From the NCBI GenBank assembly GCA_040437565.1, contig JBDOQK010000019.1, positions 1-64,000 on the forward strand: DNA of 64,000 nt, given 5' to 3'. Position numbers and translations under genes: made by a program. A model generated the notes under the pieces. The model made no database searches. It saw nothing but the letters and a program-made list of their open reading frames with translations, and was not told where the DNA came from. Source of the DNA: Albugo candida. Lineage: Eukaryota. Positions 34,136-46,756 of this stretch are shown here, one piece after another (the stretch's first letter is position 1; every line of letters begins with the position of its first letter).

Positions 34136-35123
34136 TGCGAAATTTGCTAAGCGAAATGTAATGCCTTCCACAAATTCTCTATTTTCGAGGCTGGCCCACC
34201 AAAGATCCGTTTTGGTCATTCATGATGTAGTCATACAGCAGTAAACGACCTTTTGACTGCTTACCACTGTCACGTCTTCGTTTATCTGCTTGAATCCGAC
34301 GCCAGAGTGCTATCTACCAATCTTTGTCAATGTGGCCATGGACATATACATGCATAGCATCGTCGCTAAAGCAACCACACGAATGTCTATTTTAGATTGA
34401 GCTACGCTCTGTATTTCGTTTGCCTATGCGACTAATGATCGATATCATTCTGCATATCATTTGAATACAAGGTATGACACCTCATTGTGTGTATTCAATT
34501 TTGCTGACCTCCGCACTGACTTCACCATATTTTACCGACCGTATGCGCGCATGTTCAACCGTATATAGCGCCGTGCCCAATTGTTTCGCATGTAGGGAAG
34601 GGGGAATGCTTGCTCGTGTAGGAGTGTCAAAACGGAAGGGCTACTCTAGGTTTGCTTAGTTGACTGGATTGCATCGGTATGATTCACGTTCTCGCAAGGG
34701 ATGAATACTTTGGTGAGAAACCCTACTNNNNNNNNNNNNNNNNNNNNNNNNNNNNNNNNNNNNNNNNNNNNNNNNNNNNNNNNNNNNNNNNNNNNNNNNN
34801 NNNNNNNNNNNNNNNNNNNNNNNNNNNAATTTCACGGCAACCTCATGAACGAGGCAAAGCAAGCGCTTTTAGCTAATAGAGAAAATTCCTTTCACATAAT
34901 AAATCAGCTATTGTACATAACACTGTCCTTCCCTCAATCTACTTGATACCTATGTTTTCCGAATTCTTGGTTACCATTTGGGGAAAATAGAAGGAAGAAA
35001 GTAGTGCAACTTTTGCATTCCAAAGTACAACTCCCTCGGTGAATTAGTAATTTAAATCTAGGTCAGCTTCGTAAGCATTTGTCCCAATTTTTTACAAGTA
35101 AAGGGCTCTTATCGTCTTACTGC

Positions 35124-37959
35124 ATGAGCTGGCTTCGCGCGTATAACTTTACGATATCTAAGGCGGAAATATGTCGAGGAAGTACTTGTTTTTATATAGA
35201 GGTGGACCATAATTGTAGAGAAGCACAACGAAATGCAAATCACGGTCCATCGTGCCCATTTCCTGCAATGGTGTCTGCGCGAAGATCTTTTGCTGATTTT
35301 CGTGCGTTGAAGAAACTTTTGAAACAGTCAACACGTTCTAAAGCCGATATCAAAGCGAATGCTCGAGGCACCAATATTGTTTGGAGGTCTAAAAGCGATA
35401 AAGGTTCAAGGTCGTTTCTGAATGCACAAACTTGGGCAAAATCCGCACATCTGGAGTTCGGCATTGCGGAAACAAAACGATCTTTTAGACGATCTCTCAG
35501 TCATGTATCAGCATTGCACTCATCTTCGTTTTTAAAAGCCTGGAGCTCAAAATCGCAGCAAGGATGTAGGAACCACTGTTGCCTGTGCATGGATTTATAC
35601 AGCATTATCGATCTCTTTCCGCTGTCACCGTATTTGACGTTCATGAGTCGTGTCTCGGACGTAAGCTTTGATGCTCAAATGGACAATCTTCAGCAATTTC
35701 TGAGCATCATTCAGCATTTCTTTCGATCGATACCTCGGGCAGCTCTCCAGTGTCTTGATTTGGATCAGCAGTGTCGGACACTTGCGGTGTTTGCAGCGTT
35801 TATTGGCTTTGACCGGCGATTAAGGTCCATTGCCATAGCAAAATCGTCGATATCGCTAAGGGCGTGGAAAGTGGATGCTGAGAATAATAATCAGCTCATA
35901 ACACCCCAAAATTCAACAACTGATGAGAATCTATCTTGTGCGGATGAGCCTTACAGATCTTCTGATCCATTTTGTGAGACCGCTGTAGCAAGAGAAATCA
36001 TATTATCCTCACACGATATGATTTCAAGAGGAAATTCGTCACCAGATTATAGTTCGCTTCCGATGCTTCGTCGCATTCCCGAGTTTGACTCGAATTCTGA
36101 TGTCGACTGCTCTGAAACNNNNNNNNNNNNNNNNNNNNNNNNNNNNNNNNNNNNNNNNNNNNNNNNNNNNNNNNNNNNNNNNNNNNNNNNNNNNNNNNNN
36201 NNNNNNNNNNNNNNNNNNCGATATCAAAGCGAATGCTCGAGGCACCAATATTGTTTGGAGGTCTAAAAGCGATAAAGGTTCAAGGTCGTTTCTGAATGCA
36301 CAAACTTGGGCAAAATCCGCACATCTGGAGTTCGGCATTGCGGAAACAAAACGATCTTTTAGACGATCTCTCAGTCATGTATCAGCATTGCACTCATCTT
36401 CGTTTTTAAAAGCCTGGAGCTCAAAATCGCAGCAAGGATGTAGGAACCACTGTTGCCTGTGCATGGATTTATACAGCATTATCGATCTCTTTCCGCTGTC
36501 ACCGTATTTGACGTTCATGAGTCGTGTCTCGGACGTAAGCTTTGATGCTCAAATGGACAATCTTCAGCAATTTCTGAGCATCATTCAGCATTTCTTTCGA
36601 TCGATACCTCGGGCAGCTCTCCAGTGTCTTGATTTGGATCAGCAGTGTCGGACACTTGCGGTGTTTGCAGCGTTTATTGGCTTTGACCGGCGATTAAGGT
36701 CCATTGCCATAGCAAAATCGTCGATATCGCTAAGGGCGTGGAAAGTGGATGCTGAGAATAATAATCAGCTCATAACACCCCAAAATTCAACAACTGATGA
36801 GAATCTATCTTGTGCGGATGAGCCTTACAGATCTTCTGATCCATTTTGTGAGACCGCTGTAGCAAGAGAAATCATATTATCCTCACACGATATGATTTCA
36901 AGAGGAAATTCGTCACCAGATTATAGTTCGCTTCCGATGCTTCGTCGCATTCCCGAGTTTGACTCGAATTCTGATGTCGACTGCTCTGAAACGGACGAAG
37001 AATGTTTCATCGTGGAAGGTCGAGACAGTTATCAGGATGAAGACGATATGTTACGGGTATCTCTATCCGAAGAGCGTCCACGTACGCTTAGTAATCCCAG
37101 ACCATCATCCCGATCAAGTACTCTGTGCTACCCGGTACGCACCAAGATGGCTGAGTCGACTGATGATACCAAATACTCTCTTCCAAAGCTGAGAATTCGT
37201 CCAACGGTCTTACATAGAAGCAGTACAAGCGTGGAAACATTTTGTGATCGCATACTAGAGCAATTCGGGCAGCAGGTTTTGGCGACGGAGCCTGAAAGAC
37301 GTGTAAGCTACGATCAGATTGGAGCATCACGAAAATGGGAACTAGCTTTGTACACTGCCAGCTTTGTCGGTCACTCATATGCTGTTCGATTTATACTCCA
37401 ACGTGGGGTCGACCCAAATTCAGTTCTTGCCAGTAATGGGCATTCCTCCCTTCACGCAGCATCCATTCATGGCCATTTAGATATTGTAAACCTGCTGCTC
37501 CATATACACAATATAAACTTGAATCTATCGGATGTGGTAGGCATGACTCCCCTTATGGTTGCGGTAGAGAATGGTCGGATTGAAGTGGTCGAAAAGTTAT
37601 TGAAAGCCGGAGCCGACATCAACCACGTTAGTTGTGAAGGGAAAACAGCACTTTATCTTGCCGTACTGAATTCTTCGATCAGCCTTTTACAAATATTGCT
37701 TTCGTTCCAACCAGCATTAGATGTCCCAGCGCAATCGTTAGGCCTTACAGCACTCGAAGTTGGTGCTCAGCGTGGAAACTACGATATATGTGCGTTGTTG
37801 TTAGCTCATGGTGCAAGTGTGAGGCAATGCAATACCGCAGTGGACGGTGCTGTCTCCCTTGCATTATCTCATGGACATATGGAACTAGCTGACTTGTGCA
37901 TCTGCTATATGTCAGATTACAGACAGTATGATTCGCGTGCTCACATGACGCCTTTTTGA
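35124..37959 (+). CDS. Degenerate PX-like domain plus ankyrin repeat protein (paralog of 14295-15905), split by a gap-flanking duplication
   Basis: RRSFADFRALKKLL; ANK repeats GHSSLHAASIHGH, GMTPLMVAVENGR, GKTALYLAV and GLTALEVGAQRGN. Removing one copy of 35345-36118 = 36219-36992 restores a single ORF. Confidence 0.83.
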
Positions 37960-38204
37960 GCCACGCCATTGACTAGTGATATTCACACCACAGTCACCTT
38001 GCTCCAAAATCTTTCTCATTGTCGACTCCCAGAAATCGGTGATAGCATCAAACATCAGACATTGATACGATAATCAATTAATTATACAACAATTTGTAAT
38101 GTACAGGATCCGTTCATCTCATTTTCTCTCACGCTGCTGCCTACATGGTGCGCCTCCTGGAACTATTTTAGATGCGTTTCGGAAAATGACCAGTCCTAGT
38201 AAAA

Positions 38205-41200
38205 ATGAGTGCATCAGAACGAACACAATTCGATGACGGAATCGCACACGTAGTATCGGACTTCAAGTCTCCAGCGTCTCCAGCGTCTCGACCTTCCATT
38301 GTTCTAAATGGTTCTTTGGAAACCAATGATTCTATGCTAAGGATGGAAAGGCTTTTTCATCATGCCTTCATGAAATCGAGACTAGAAAGCGAAGATTCCG
38401 TGTATGTAGAGAAAACTGAGATCTTCCGACAGCTAGATGAGTACTGCGATGTCGACACTATGCATCAAGCTAGAGCTCCTGTTCTCTTGTCGGGAGAGAT
38501 TGGGTCTGGAAAATCCGCAGCTGTTGCAAACTGGGTCGAACGACGAAAGAAAATGCAGCAAAATTGGCAGCCCTCGACTGAGCTCATATTCTATCATGTT
38601 ATTGGATCTGTGCGGCAGTCTTGTCTAGTTTCGAATCTTTTAGAGCGGATGATGCGAGAGATGAAAAGCTATTTTGAATTATCAACAGCAATGCCGAAAC
38701 ATGAGGAGAGATTGAGCTGGCACTTGCCCAACTTCTTGGATGCCGTCACAAAGAAGGGCCGCGTCATATTCGTCATCGATAGTTTGGACAGGCTCTGTCC
38801 AAATGATGGTGGGAACATCTTACGTTGGCTGCCCGTTGAATTTCCATCATACGTACGAGTTATTCTCACCGGGGCGTGCGAATCCAAGACGTCAGCTCAC
38901 ACGGTTGCTGACCTCCGGTCACCTTGTTCCCAATATGTAAGACGATCCTCACAGCTTTCAACTCGTCATACGCCAAAGAATATAAAGGATAGTCGATCGA
39001 ACTCATCATACTTTTCATCGAGTGATACGGTCAGCGCAATCGGACCCACAAGAATGGAGCGTATCGAGGTAACACTGATAAATACTTCTTGGTTTACTTT
39101 TTCATGCAATCCATCCAACAGGTTGAGGCAAAGCGTAGGAGGTGGACGATTCTAAAGACCTCGCCTTTGAATGAAGACGAGAAAGAGATTATTATAAGGA
39201 AGTTCCTAGAAAAGAAAAATGCAAAAGTTGCCAGCTATCCACGACATTGCGGAAAGCAAGCTGAGGTAATATATGAAAACAACAAGACAAGCACTTCGAC
39301 TGAAGAAAATACTTTGAACGTGAAGACAATTAATGGAGATGAATTTACATTACCTTGCAGTCAAATGAATGGATTTTATCTATTCCGATCGCAGCATCAA
39401 GCGATCGTTAGTCATAGCCTATCATCAAATGCCGCATTTTTGAAGATTTTGCTCACTTGTCTTGTTTGGGCGGGAACCGAAGGGTTTGACATTCATAGTG
39501 TATTAGAAACGTGGATAAAAAGCGGCAGTGTGGAAACCCTTCTTGGAAATGTTATCGATAGCATTGAGCATGGTCAGCAGCTGGACTCTGAGAAAGTATC
39601 CCAGGCACTTCATTTTTTTGGAGAAAATAAGGATGAAGCTATGAGCTTTTGGTCCGAAGAAATCGTTCACAGCGAAATCGATATCGAACACCAAAACAAG
39701 TGCCAGGATGCAATAAAAGCTGATGGAACGTTAGTATCTAGTGCAGAAAAGGAGCATGATGGTTGGGATGTAGAGGCTCAAAGAAGCTCACAACATCGGG
39801 CACAACTTATCAGAACCGGAGTTTTGGCTCCGGATGGAGGGAGATCTAATGGAGTGGATGACCAACAACAAACCGTATTGAGAACTCCAACAAACACTGG
39901 AGAAACGCATACCTTCAAATATCACAAAGTAAGCTCGGGGACACGTTTATGGGCTCCACACCAATTGCCACCCTATCTTGCTGGTGGGTGCTATGTGGGT
40001 CCTCTCAGCAAGCTTTTGGGAAGAGCGTTGGCATTGCTCTATGTAAGTCGCTATGGTCTGTTTCTGACTGAGTTGCGTTCCATTTTGGAAGAAATGCACT
40101 TGGATGAGGAGCAAGCTACTAATTTCGACGATCGAAGGAGATCGGAGCTCGATAAGGCATATCATACAGCAGGAATGAGTAACAAGAAGCAAGAAATCAC
40201 ATTGGTAATTAGTGAAGACGAGTGGGACGCGCTCATTCGAGCTCTCAATGCACTGGACATTCTCACTAGGCGAGGCATACTTGTCCTTCCTATGTGCAAT
40301 GATACATTACGTGGTATTATCTGGAAACGATACTTGGGTAGTGAAGAGCAAGAGTGCTACTATCACAATCTTCTTATTCGGCATTTCCAGCATCAGCCAG
40401 TCACTTTTCGCAAAATCGAAGAACTGCCTTGGCATCTTACACAATGTCGACAATGGGAAGAGCTTAGGGCCACTTTGGTTTTCCTACCAAACTTTCAGCT
40501 TTTGTATACAAAAGAGTATAAAATTGAGCTTTTTTCGTTATGGCAGATGCTAATCGAAGGACCTTCACTTATTTGTGGAGCAAACCAAATACAAAATCAA
40601 GATTTTTGCAAGAATCCGCCTTCCGGAGGAGCGATTTATATGGACATTGTCAAAGAATATGCTCGACATATTGAAGAATGGCGAAAATCTACAAAACCTT
40701 CCGCGCAGATGATATCGAGAATTGTTTCCTTCTTGGCCGACTTTATGTTTGAATTTTCAGCGTATCATCACGGGTCTTCGTTGCCAGAGTTTAGTTCCCA
40801 TCCAACGCTCGACCTAAAGCGACTTTATCTAGATGGAATGCACTTTCTTAATGACTTACCACACGCTCGCAATCTTCCCAATGAGAACATTTCAAGCTAT
40901 AGCCTTACCAACGGATTTTCACAGCTATCAGAACCAGATGCAGACACGCTATTGCCTAATCTGATAATGGAACGATTTCTAAAGCCACAATGCTCGGGTA
41001 CTCTTGTGCCTCAAACCAACCCGTTTTATTATTATCAGCGCTGGGTATGGATATATTTTCCTTGGCTGGCATTGCACAGCTCACCTTTGACTGAAAAGAA
41101 GACCGCTGTAGATGAAAACGTGCAATTTTCACAGACCAAGAATTCCTTTGTGGATGGCGTGTTCGACAAAGAGATTCGAAACCGACTGATGAACGCTTTG

Positions 41201-44200
41201 AAGCCATTAAGCAGCTCTGAATATGTTTTGACTGAAAAATTCTCATCGCCCACTCTGTCACAATCGAGATCTGACATTCGACTCGCGAAAGCCGGACAGA
41301 AGAAGTCTAATACGGATGAAGTTACACCACGTACTCTTCCAAGTAGAGACAAGAATGCAGTAAGAAAATTGAATAGCATTGACACCCGAGAAATTATCAC
41401 ACCGAATCCGCTTTACCGTCAAAAAATTACGCTTCAGACCATTGGAGGTGTGCTAAGGTCTTCAGTCAGGCTTCTTCCGTCTTCAATCTCCATCTCTGCT
41501 TCGCCCGCATTACAAAGAAGTCACAGCAACAAAAGTGCGGAAAAAATCACATTTTCAAAAAATGAAGATTCAACCGTGTCTGCGATTAGGACCAGTCTTA
41601 AGAATTCCGCATCTTCCCCACTTTTGGGTATTCGTGAATCACATCTGTCCATCAATCGCCTCACCTCCAACTCTATAGCAGGTCATGATCAGGTAGGAGA
41701 GAAATCGACTTTCATGACTGAGTTTGATTTCGTTGGAGCGCACGGGTTTGCAGATGGTAATAAGTTACTAGATGACGAGATGATCGATACATCAGTATCG
41801 AAAAGTGAGCATTCAAGTTGTGGTAGCGTTGATCTTCTGGACAACAAACAAAGCCCAAAAGTTCTCAACTCACTTATAATTCCCAAGCGTAAGGAACTGG
41901 GGTCTCGATTATTTGATCAAGATACCGTTCAGTCAAGCTGGGTTCACATNNNNNNNNNNNNNNNNNNNNNNNNNNNNNNNNNNNNNNNNNNNNNNNNNNN
42001 NNNNNNNNNNNNNNNNNNNNNNNNNNNNNNNNNNNNNNNNNNNNNNNNNTGGAGGGAGATCTAATGGAGTGGATGACCAACAACAAACCGTATTGAGAAC
42101 TCCAACAAACACTGGAGAAACGCATACCTTCAAATATCACAAAGTAAGCTCGGGGACACGTTTATGGGCTCCACACCAATTGCCACCCTATCTTGCTGGT
42201 GGGTGCTATGTGGGTCCTCTCAGCAAGCTTTTGGGAAGAGCGTTGGCATTGCTCTATGTAAGTCGCTATGGTCTGTTTCTGACTGAGTTGCGTTCCATTT
42301 TGGAAGAAATGCACTTGGATGAGGAGCAAGCTACTAATTTCGACGATCGAAGGAGATCGGAGCTCGATAAGGCATATCATACAGCAGGAATGAGTAACAA
42401 GAAGCAAGAAATCACATTGGTAATTAGTGAAGACGAGTGGGACGCGCTCATTCGAGCTCTCAATGCACTGGACATTCTCACTAGGCGAGGCATACTTGTC
42501 CTTCCTATGTGCAATGATACATTACGTGGTATTATCTGGAAACGATACTTGGGTAGTGAAGAGCAAGAGTGCTACTATCACAATCTTCTTATTCGGCATT
42601 TCCAGCATCAGCCAGTCACTTTTCGCAAAATCGAAGAACTGCCTTGGCATCTTACACAATGTCGACAATGGGAAGAGCTTAGGGCCACTTTGGTTTTCCT
42701 ACCAAACTTTCAGCTTTTGTATACAAAAGAGTATAAAATTGAGCTTTTTTCGTTATGGCAGATGCTAATCGAAGGACCTTCACTTATTTGTGGAGCAAAC
42801 CAAATACAAAATCAAGATTTTTGCAAGAATCCGCCTTCCGGAGGAGCGATTTATATGGACATTGTCAAAGAATATGCTCGACATATTGAAGAATGGCGAA
42901 AATCTACAAAACCTTCCGCGCAGATGATATCGAGAATTGTTTCCTTCTTGGCCGACTTTATGTTTGAATTTTCAGCGTATCATCACGGGTCTTCGTTGCC
43001 AGAGTTTAGTTCCCATCCAACGCTCGACCTAAAGCGACTTTATCTAGATGGAATGCACTTTCTTAATGACTTACCACACGCTCGCAATCTTCCCAATGAG
43101 AACATTTCAAGCTATAGCCTTACCAACGGATTTTCACAGCTATCAGAACCAGATGCAGACACGCTATTGCCTAATCTGATAATGGAACGATTTCTAAAGC
43201 CACAATGCTCGGGTACTCTTGTGCCTCAAACCAACCCGTTTTATTATTATCAGCGCTGGGTATGGATATATTTTCCTTGGCTGGCATTGCACAGCTCACC
43301 TTTGACTGAAAAGAAGACCGCTGTAGATGAAAACGTGCAATTTTCACAGACCAAGAATTCCTTTGTGGATGGCGTGTTCGACAAAGAGATTCGAAACCGA
43401 CTGATGAACGCTTTGAAGCCATTAAGCAGCTCTGAATATGTTTTGACTGAAAAATTCTCATCGCCCACTCTGTCACAATCGAGATCTGACATTCGACTCG
43501 CGAAAGCCGGACAGAAGAAGTCTAATACGGATGAAGTTACACCACGTACTCTTCCAAGTAGAGACAAGAATGCAGTAAGAAAATTGAATAGCATTGACAC
43601 CCGAGAAATTATCACACCGAATCCGCTTTACCGTCAAAAAATTACGCTTCAGACCATTGGAGGTGTGCTAAGGTCTTCAGTCAGGCTTCTTCCGTCTTCA
43701 ATCTCCATCTCTGCTTCGCCCGCATTACAAAGAAGTCACAGCAACAAAAGTGCGGAAAAAATCACATTTTCAAAAAATGAAGATTCAACCGTGTCTGCGA
43801 TTAGGACCAGTCTTAAGAATTCCGCATCTTCCCCACTTTTGGGTATTCGTGAATCACATCTGTCCATCAATCGCCTCACCTCCAACTCTATAGCAGGTCA
43901 TGATCAGGTAGGAGAGAAATCGACTTTCATGACTGAGTTTGATTTCGTTGGAGCGCACGGGTTTGCAGATGGTAATAAGTTACTAGATGACGAGATGATC
44001 GATACATCAGTATCGAAAAGTGAGCATTCAAGTTGTGGTAGCGTTGATCTTCTGGACAACAAACAAAGCCCAAAAGTTCTCAACTCACTTATAATTCCCA
44101 AGCGTAAGGAACTGGGGTCTCGATTATTTGATCAAGATACCGTTCAGTCAAGCTGGGTTCACATGCAAGATCACAACCGTCAAGTGCAAACAAGGCTACA

Positions 44201-45818
44201 GCAAGTTTACGATGATATCACTGTGAAGATCATGAAGCAACAAGACAAACTACACCTTCTTGTGAGCAAATACCATGCAGTCGAAAAAGAGTACGAGTTC
44301 ATGCGGCAAGACTCCGAGCTGGCACGAGAAGCGTTAGAGGAGATGCATATGCGTGCCTTTAAACTGGAACTATTGCTCCAAAACATCGACAAGCAAGACC
44401 GAAACTACCGTAACGTGATCGCCAAATGCGCCTTATATCCAGCTCAGCATCCTTTACATTTAGAAAGATCAGAAAAGACTTTACTCTTGTGTCAAAAGAC
44501 TCTTGAAAACCTGCGAGAAGCAAAGAGGATTGTATTACACAAAAAATCGCACTTGGAACATCATAAGAAGCCTCAGTTCGAAAAGGAAATGTCCAAACAG
44601 AAAAAGTTGTTGAATAGAATTGTTAATAAGCTTGAGAGAGCAAAAGAAAAGTTATCGCAAGAAGGAAGCGCCACCGACCGATTGCTACAAGATCGCTTAC
44701 AGCTGATGCAATTGGTTAAGGAAATCAAGACCTCACGATACGTTGACAGTGCAAAAGACAATTCTGTTTTACACCAAGTAGATTATGAGGCTGCTGATGC
44801 AGAAAATGACGCAAATATCGAGGAAAAAGCACTTTGTGCAGCTAAAATGGCATCGCAAGCCTCTATCCGTTCTATAGAAGCAAAGGTAGCAGCACAACAT
44901 AGTGAAAACCTGTGTGCAAAGGTACTGGATGAAACTGGGCTTTCCAGCTTGAATTCTCTTTTAGAAAAATTCTTGGGTTATACAGATCTACAAAAGAGCT
45001 TTGACGAACAAGTCTTGACTTACGAAAATCACTTGGGACAAATGACTGCTAGTGAAGAGGAACTGAAGCGAGAACTCTTCTCTCTAGAAATATCCGAGGC
45101 AGCAACTTCGAGAGATGAATTAAGAGATCTACAAAACAGATTCCAAGAGGCTGAATCAGTACTAAGCATAACTGCAAGCAATGAAGACGATGCTATAAAG
45201 GGTTACAATCATGCGGTTGCCGGAATCACAAGAATTGCCAAAATGCTTGGGACCGCCTTAATACAAGCTTCGAACCAGAATCTCATCTCAGAGAATGACG
45301 CTTGGCTACAAGAAATCTCTTTCGATGAGAGCGAAGTGAATTCTTTACTAGTATCTGGAGAATCTGCAAAAATATTGGATGCACTTCGCATCTGCTGTAG
45401 AAAATTATGCCGCATGATTGATGCTGTAAGTGATGATGATACGGCGTGGTTCTGATGCTAATTTGGTCACTTTGTAGTCGGAAAGAGATCCTTGTACGGA
45501 TGCAGTTCTCAGCGTGGTAGGCTCGGTCACTCATACATTCCACTTTCAAGAAAAGTCATAATATTTTGATCGTAGACAAATTCCTCAATGACATCGAAGA
45601 TCACCGATGAAGAGCCAAACGAGTCGATCACATCAAATTCCTCATCGACTTCTCGTCAAAACAATCGCAAAACATCCAAGATTCTTGGGATAAGAACGGA
45701 CAGACGTAGGTCAACGACGGATGAACTAAAAGTGAGGACGAGGTCATCCATCAAAGCAAGCAGCGAAGGAATAATTTTGGAGGAGAAGCGGCATTTGGAA
45801 AAGAAAAAGAGACCTTAG
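38205..45818 (+). CDS. Large (about 1,700 aa after de-duplication) P-loop NTPase of NPHP3/TTC41/TEP1 (NACHT-like) type with a C-terminal coiled coil
   Basis: Walker A VLLSGEIGSGKS, Walker B RVIFVIDSLDRL...WLP, LYVSRYGL and RKIEELPWHL motifs, long heptad region; introns near 39069, 45426 and 45517. Confidence 0.78.
42050..44164. repeat. Direct duplicate of 39835-41949 across an N gap (probable artefact)
   Basis: Same sequence at offset 2215. Confidence 0.9.
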
Positions 45819-46756
45819 TGATTGTAGTTGTGATACCCAGTTACATGAAAATTCTAGCTGTATGATTGCAGCAATTTAGATAAAACAGGTAGAGCCAGGA
45901 ACTCTCAACCTTCAGAACGTAGTCATAGGAGCGCGGACGCGTCCAGGTCGAGGGAAAATCGGTTCGATTGCTATCATCAGGTAGAGTTATAAAATTGGCG
46001 CTGATCGCTTTGTTCGTCACATACGACAAGGTATACATGTTATTCGGACTCTATATAAAGGTGCGGATCTTAAATGTTTGTTGAGTTTGCCGAGGCTGAG
46101 ATTTTGTACAGAAGTAAATGAGTGAATGAAGCAAATTACCAGCAATGTCAGTTGCCGTTCGTGCGCTCCACCACATGCCATCTCCGGCTTCTACAAGACA
46201 GCCGAATGATACGATGTCGACATGGTGCCACAATTGATGCTCTTCAAATTTATCTAGTTGTGAACGGAATGGAGATCCTAGACGGTGCGTACGCGCAAAT
46301 CGGGAGACAATATTCAATCGCCAGATTGCCGGTTGCGTGCGTGCTCCACGAGTGTGTACTGTACCACTCGACAACGATTTAAACTGCCATGTCGGTGGAA
46401 AAAACGCATTGCCAGGCCATGATAAAGCCTGGCAAGAAAGCCGCTACTGATGACCTGTCGGTAAAGTTGCTTACTAGCTAATACATGAATATATACTCCG
46501 TGCTCTAATTGATTTATTGACAATTTCCTGCTGCAGGTCAAGTCCAATTTAGCTATATTCTCTTCATTACCACGGCCTCGGCACATCATTAGCGACGGCT
46601 TGCAAACACGTCGAGGACAATAGTATTCTAATGGTTATATCGTGTAAGATATATCTNNNNNNNNNNNNNNNNNNNNNNNNNNNNNNNNNNNNNNNNNNNN
46701 NNNNNNNNNNNNNNNNNNNNNNNNNNNNNNNNNNNNNNNNNNNNNNNNNNNNNNNN

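Noticed and set aside
46145-46450. Cys-rich + strand frame interrupted by one TGA (WCHN*CSS), with a perfect 9-bp hairpin at 46409-46435; considered as a selenoprotein
   Set aside because: It matches no selenoprotein family I recognise and has no convincing downstream SECIS. The hairpin lies inside the frame and is short enough to be chance.
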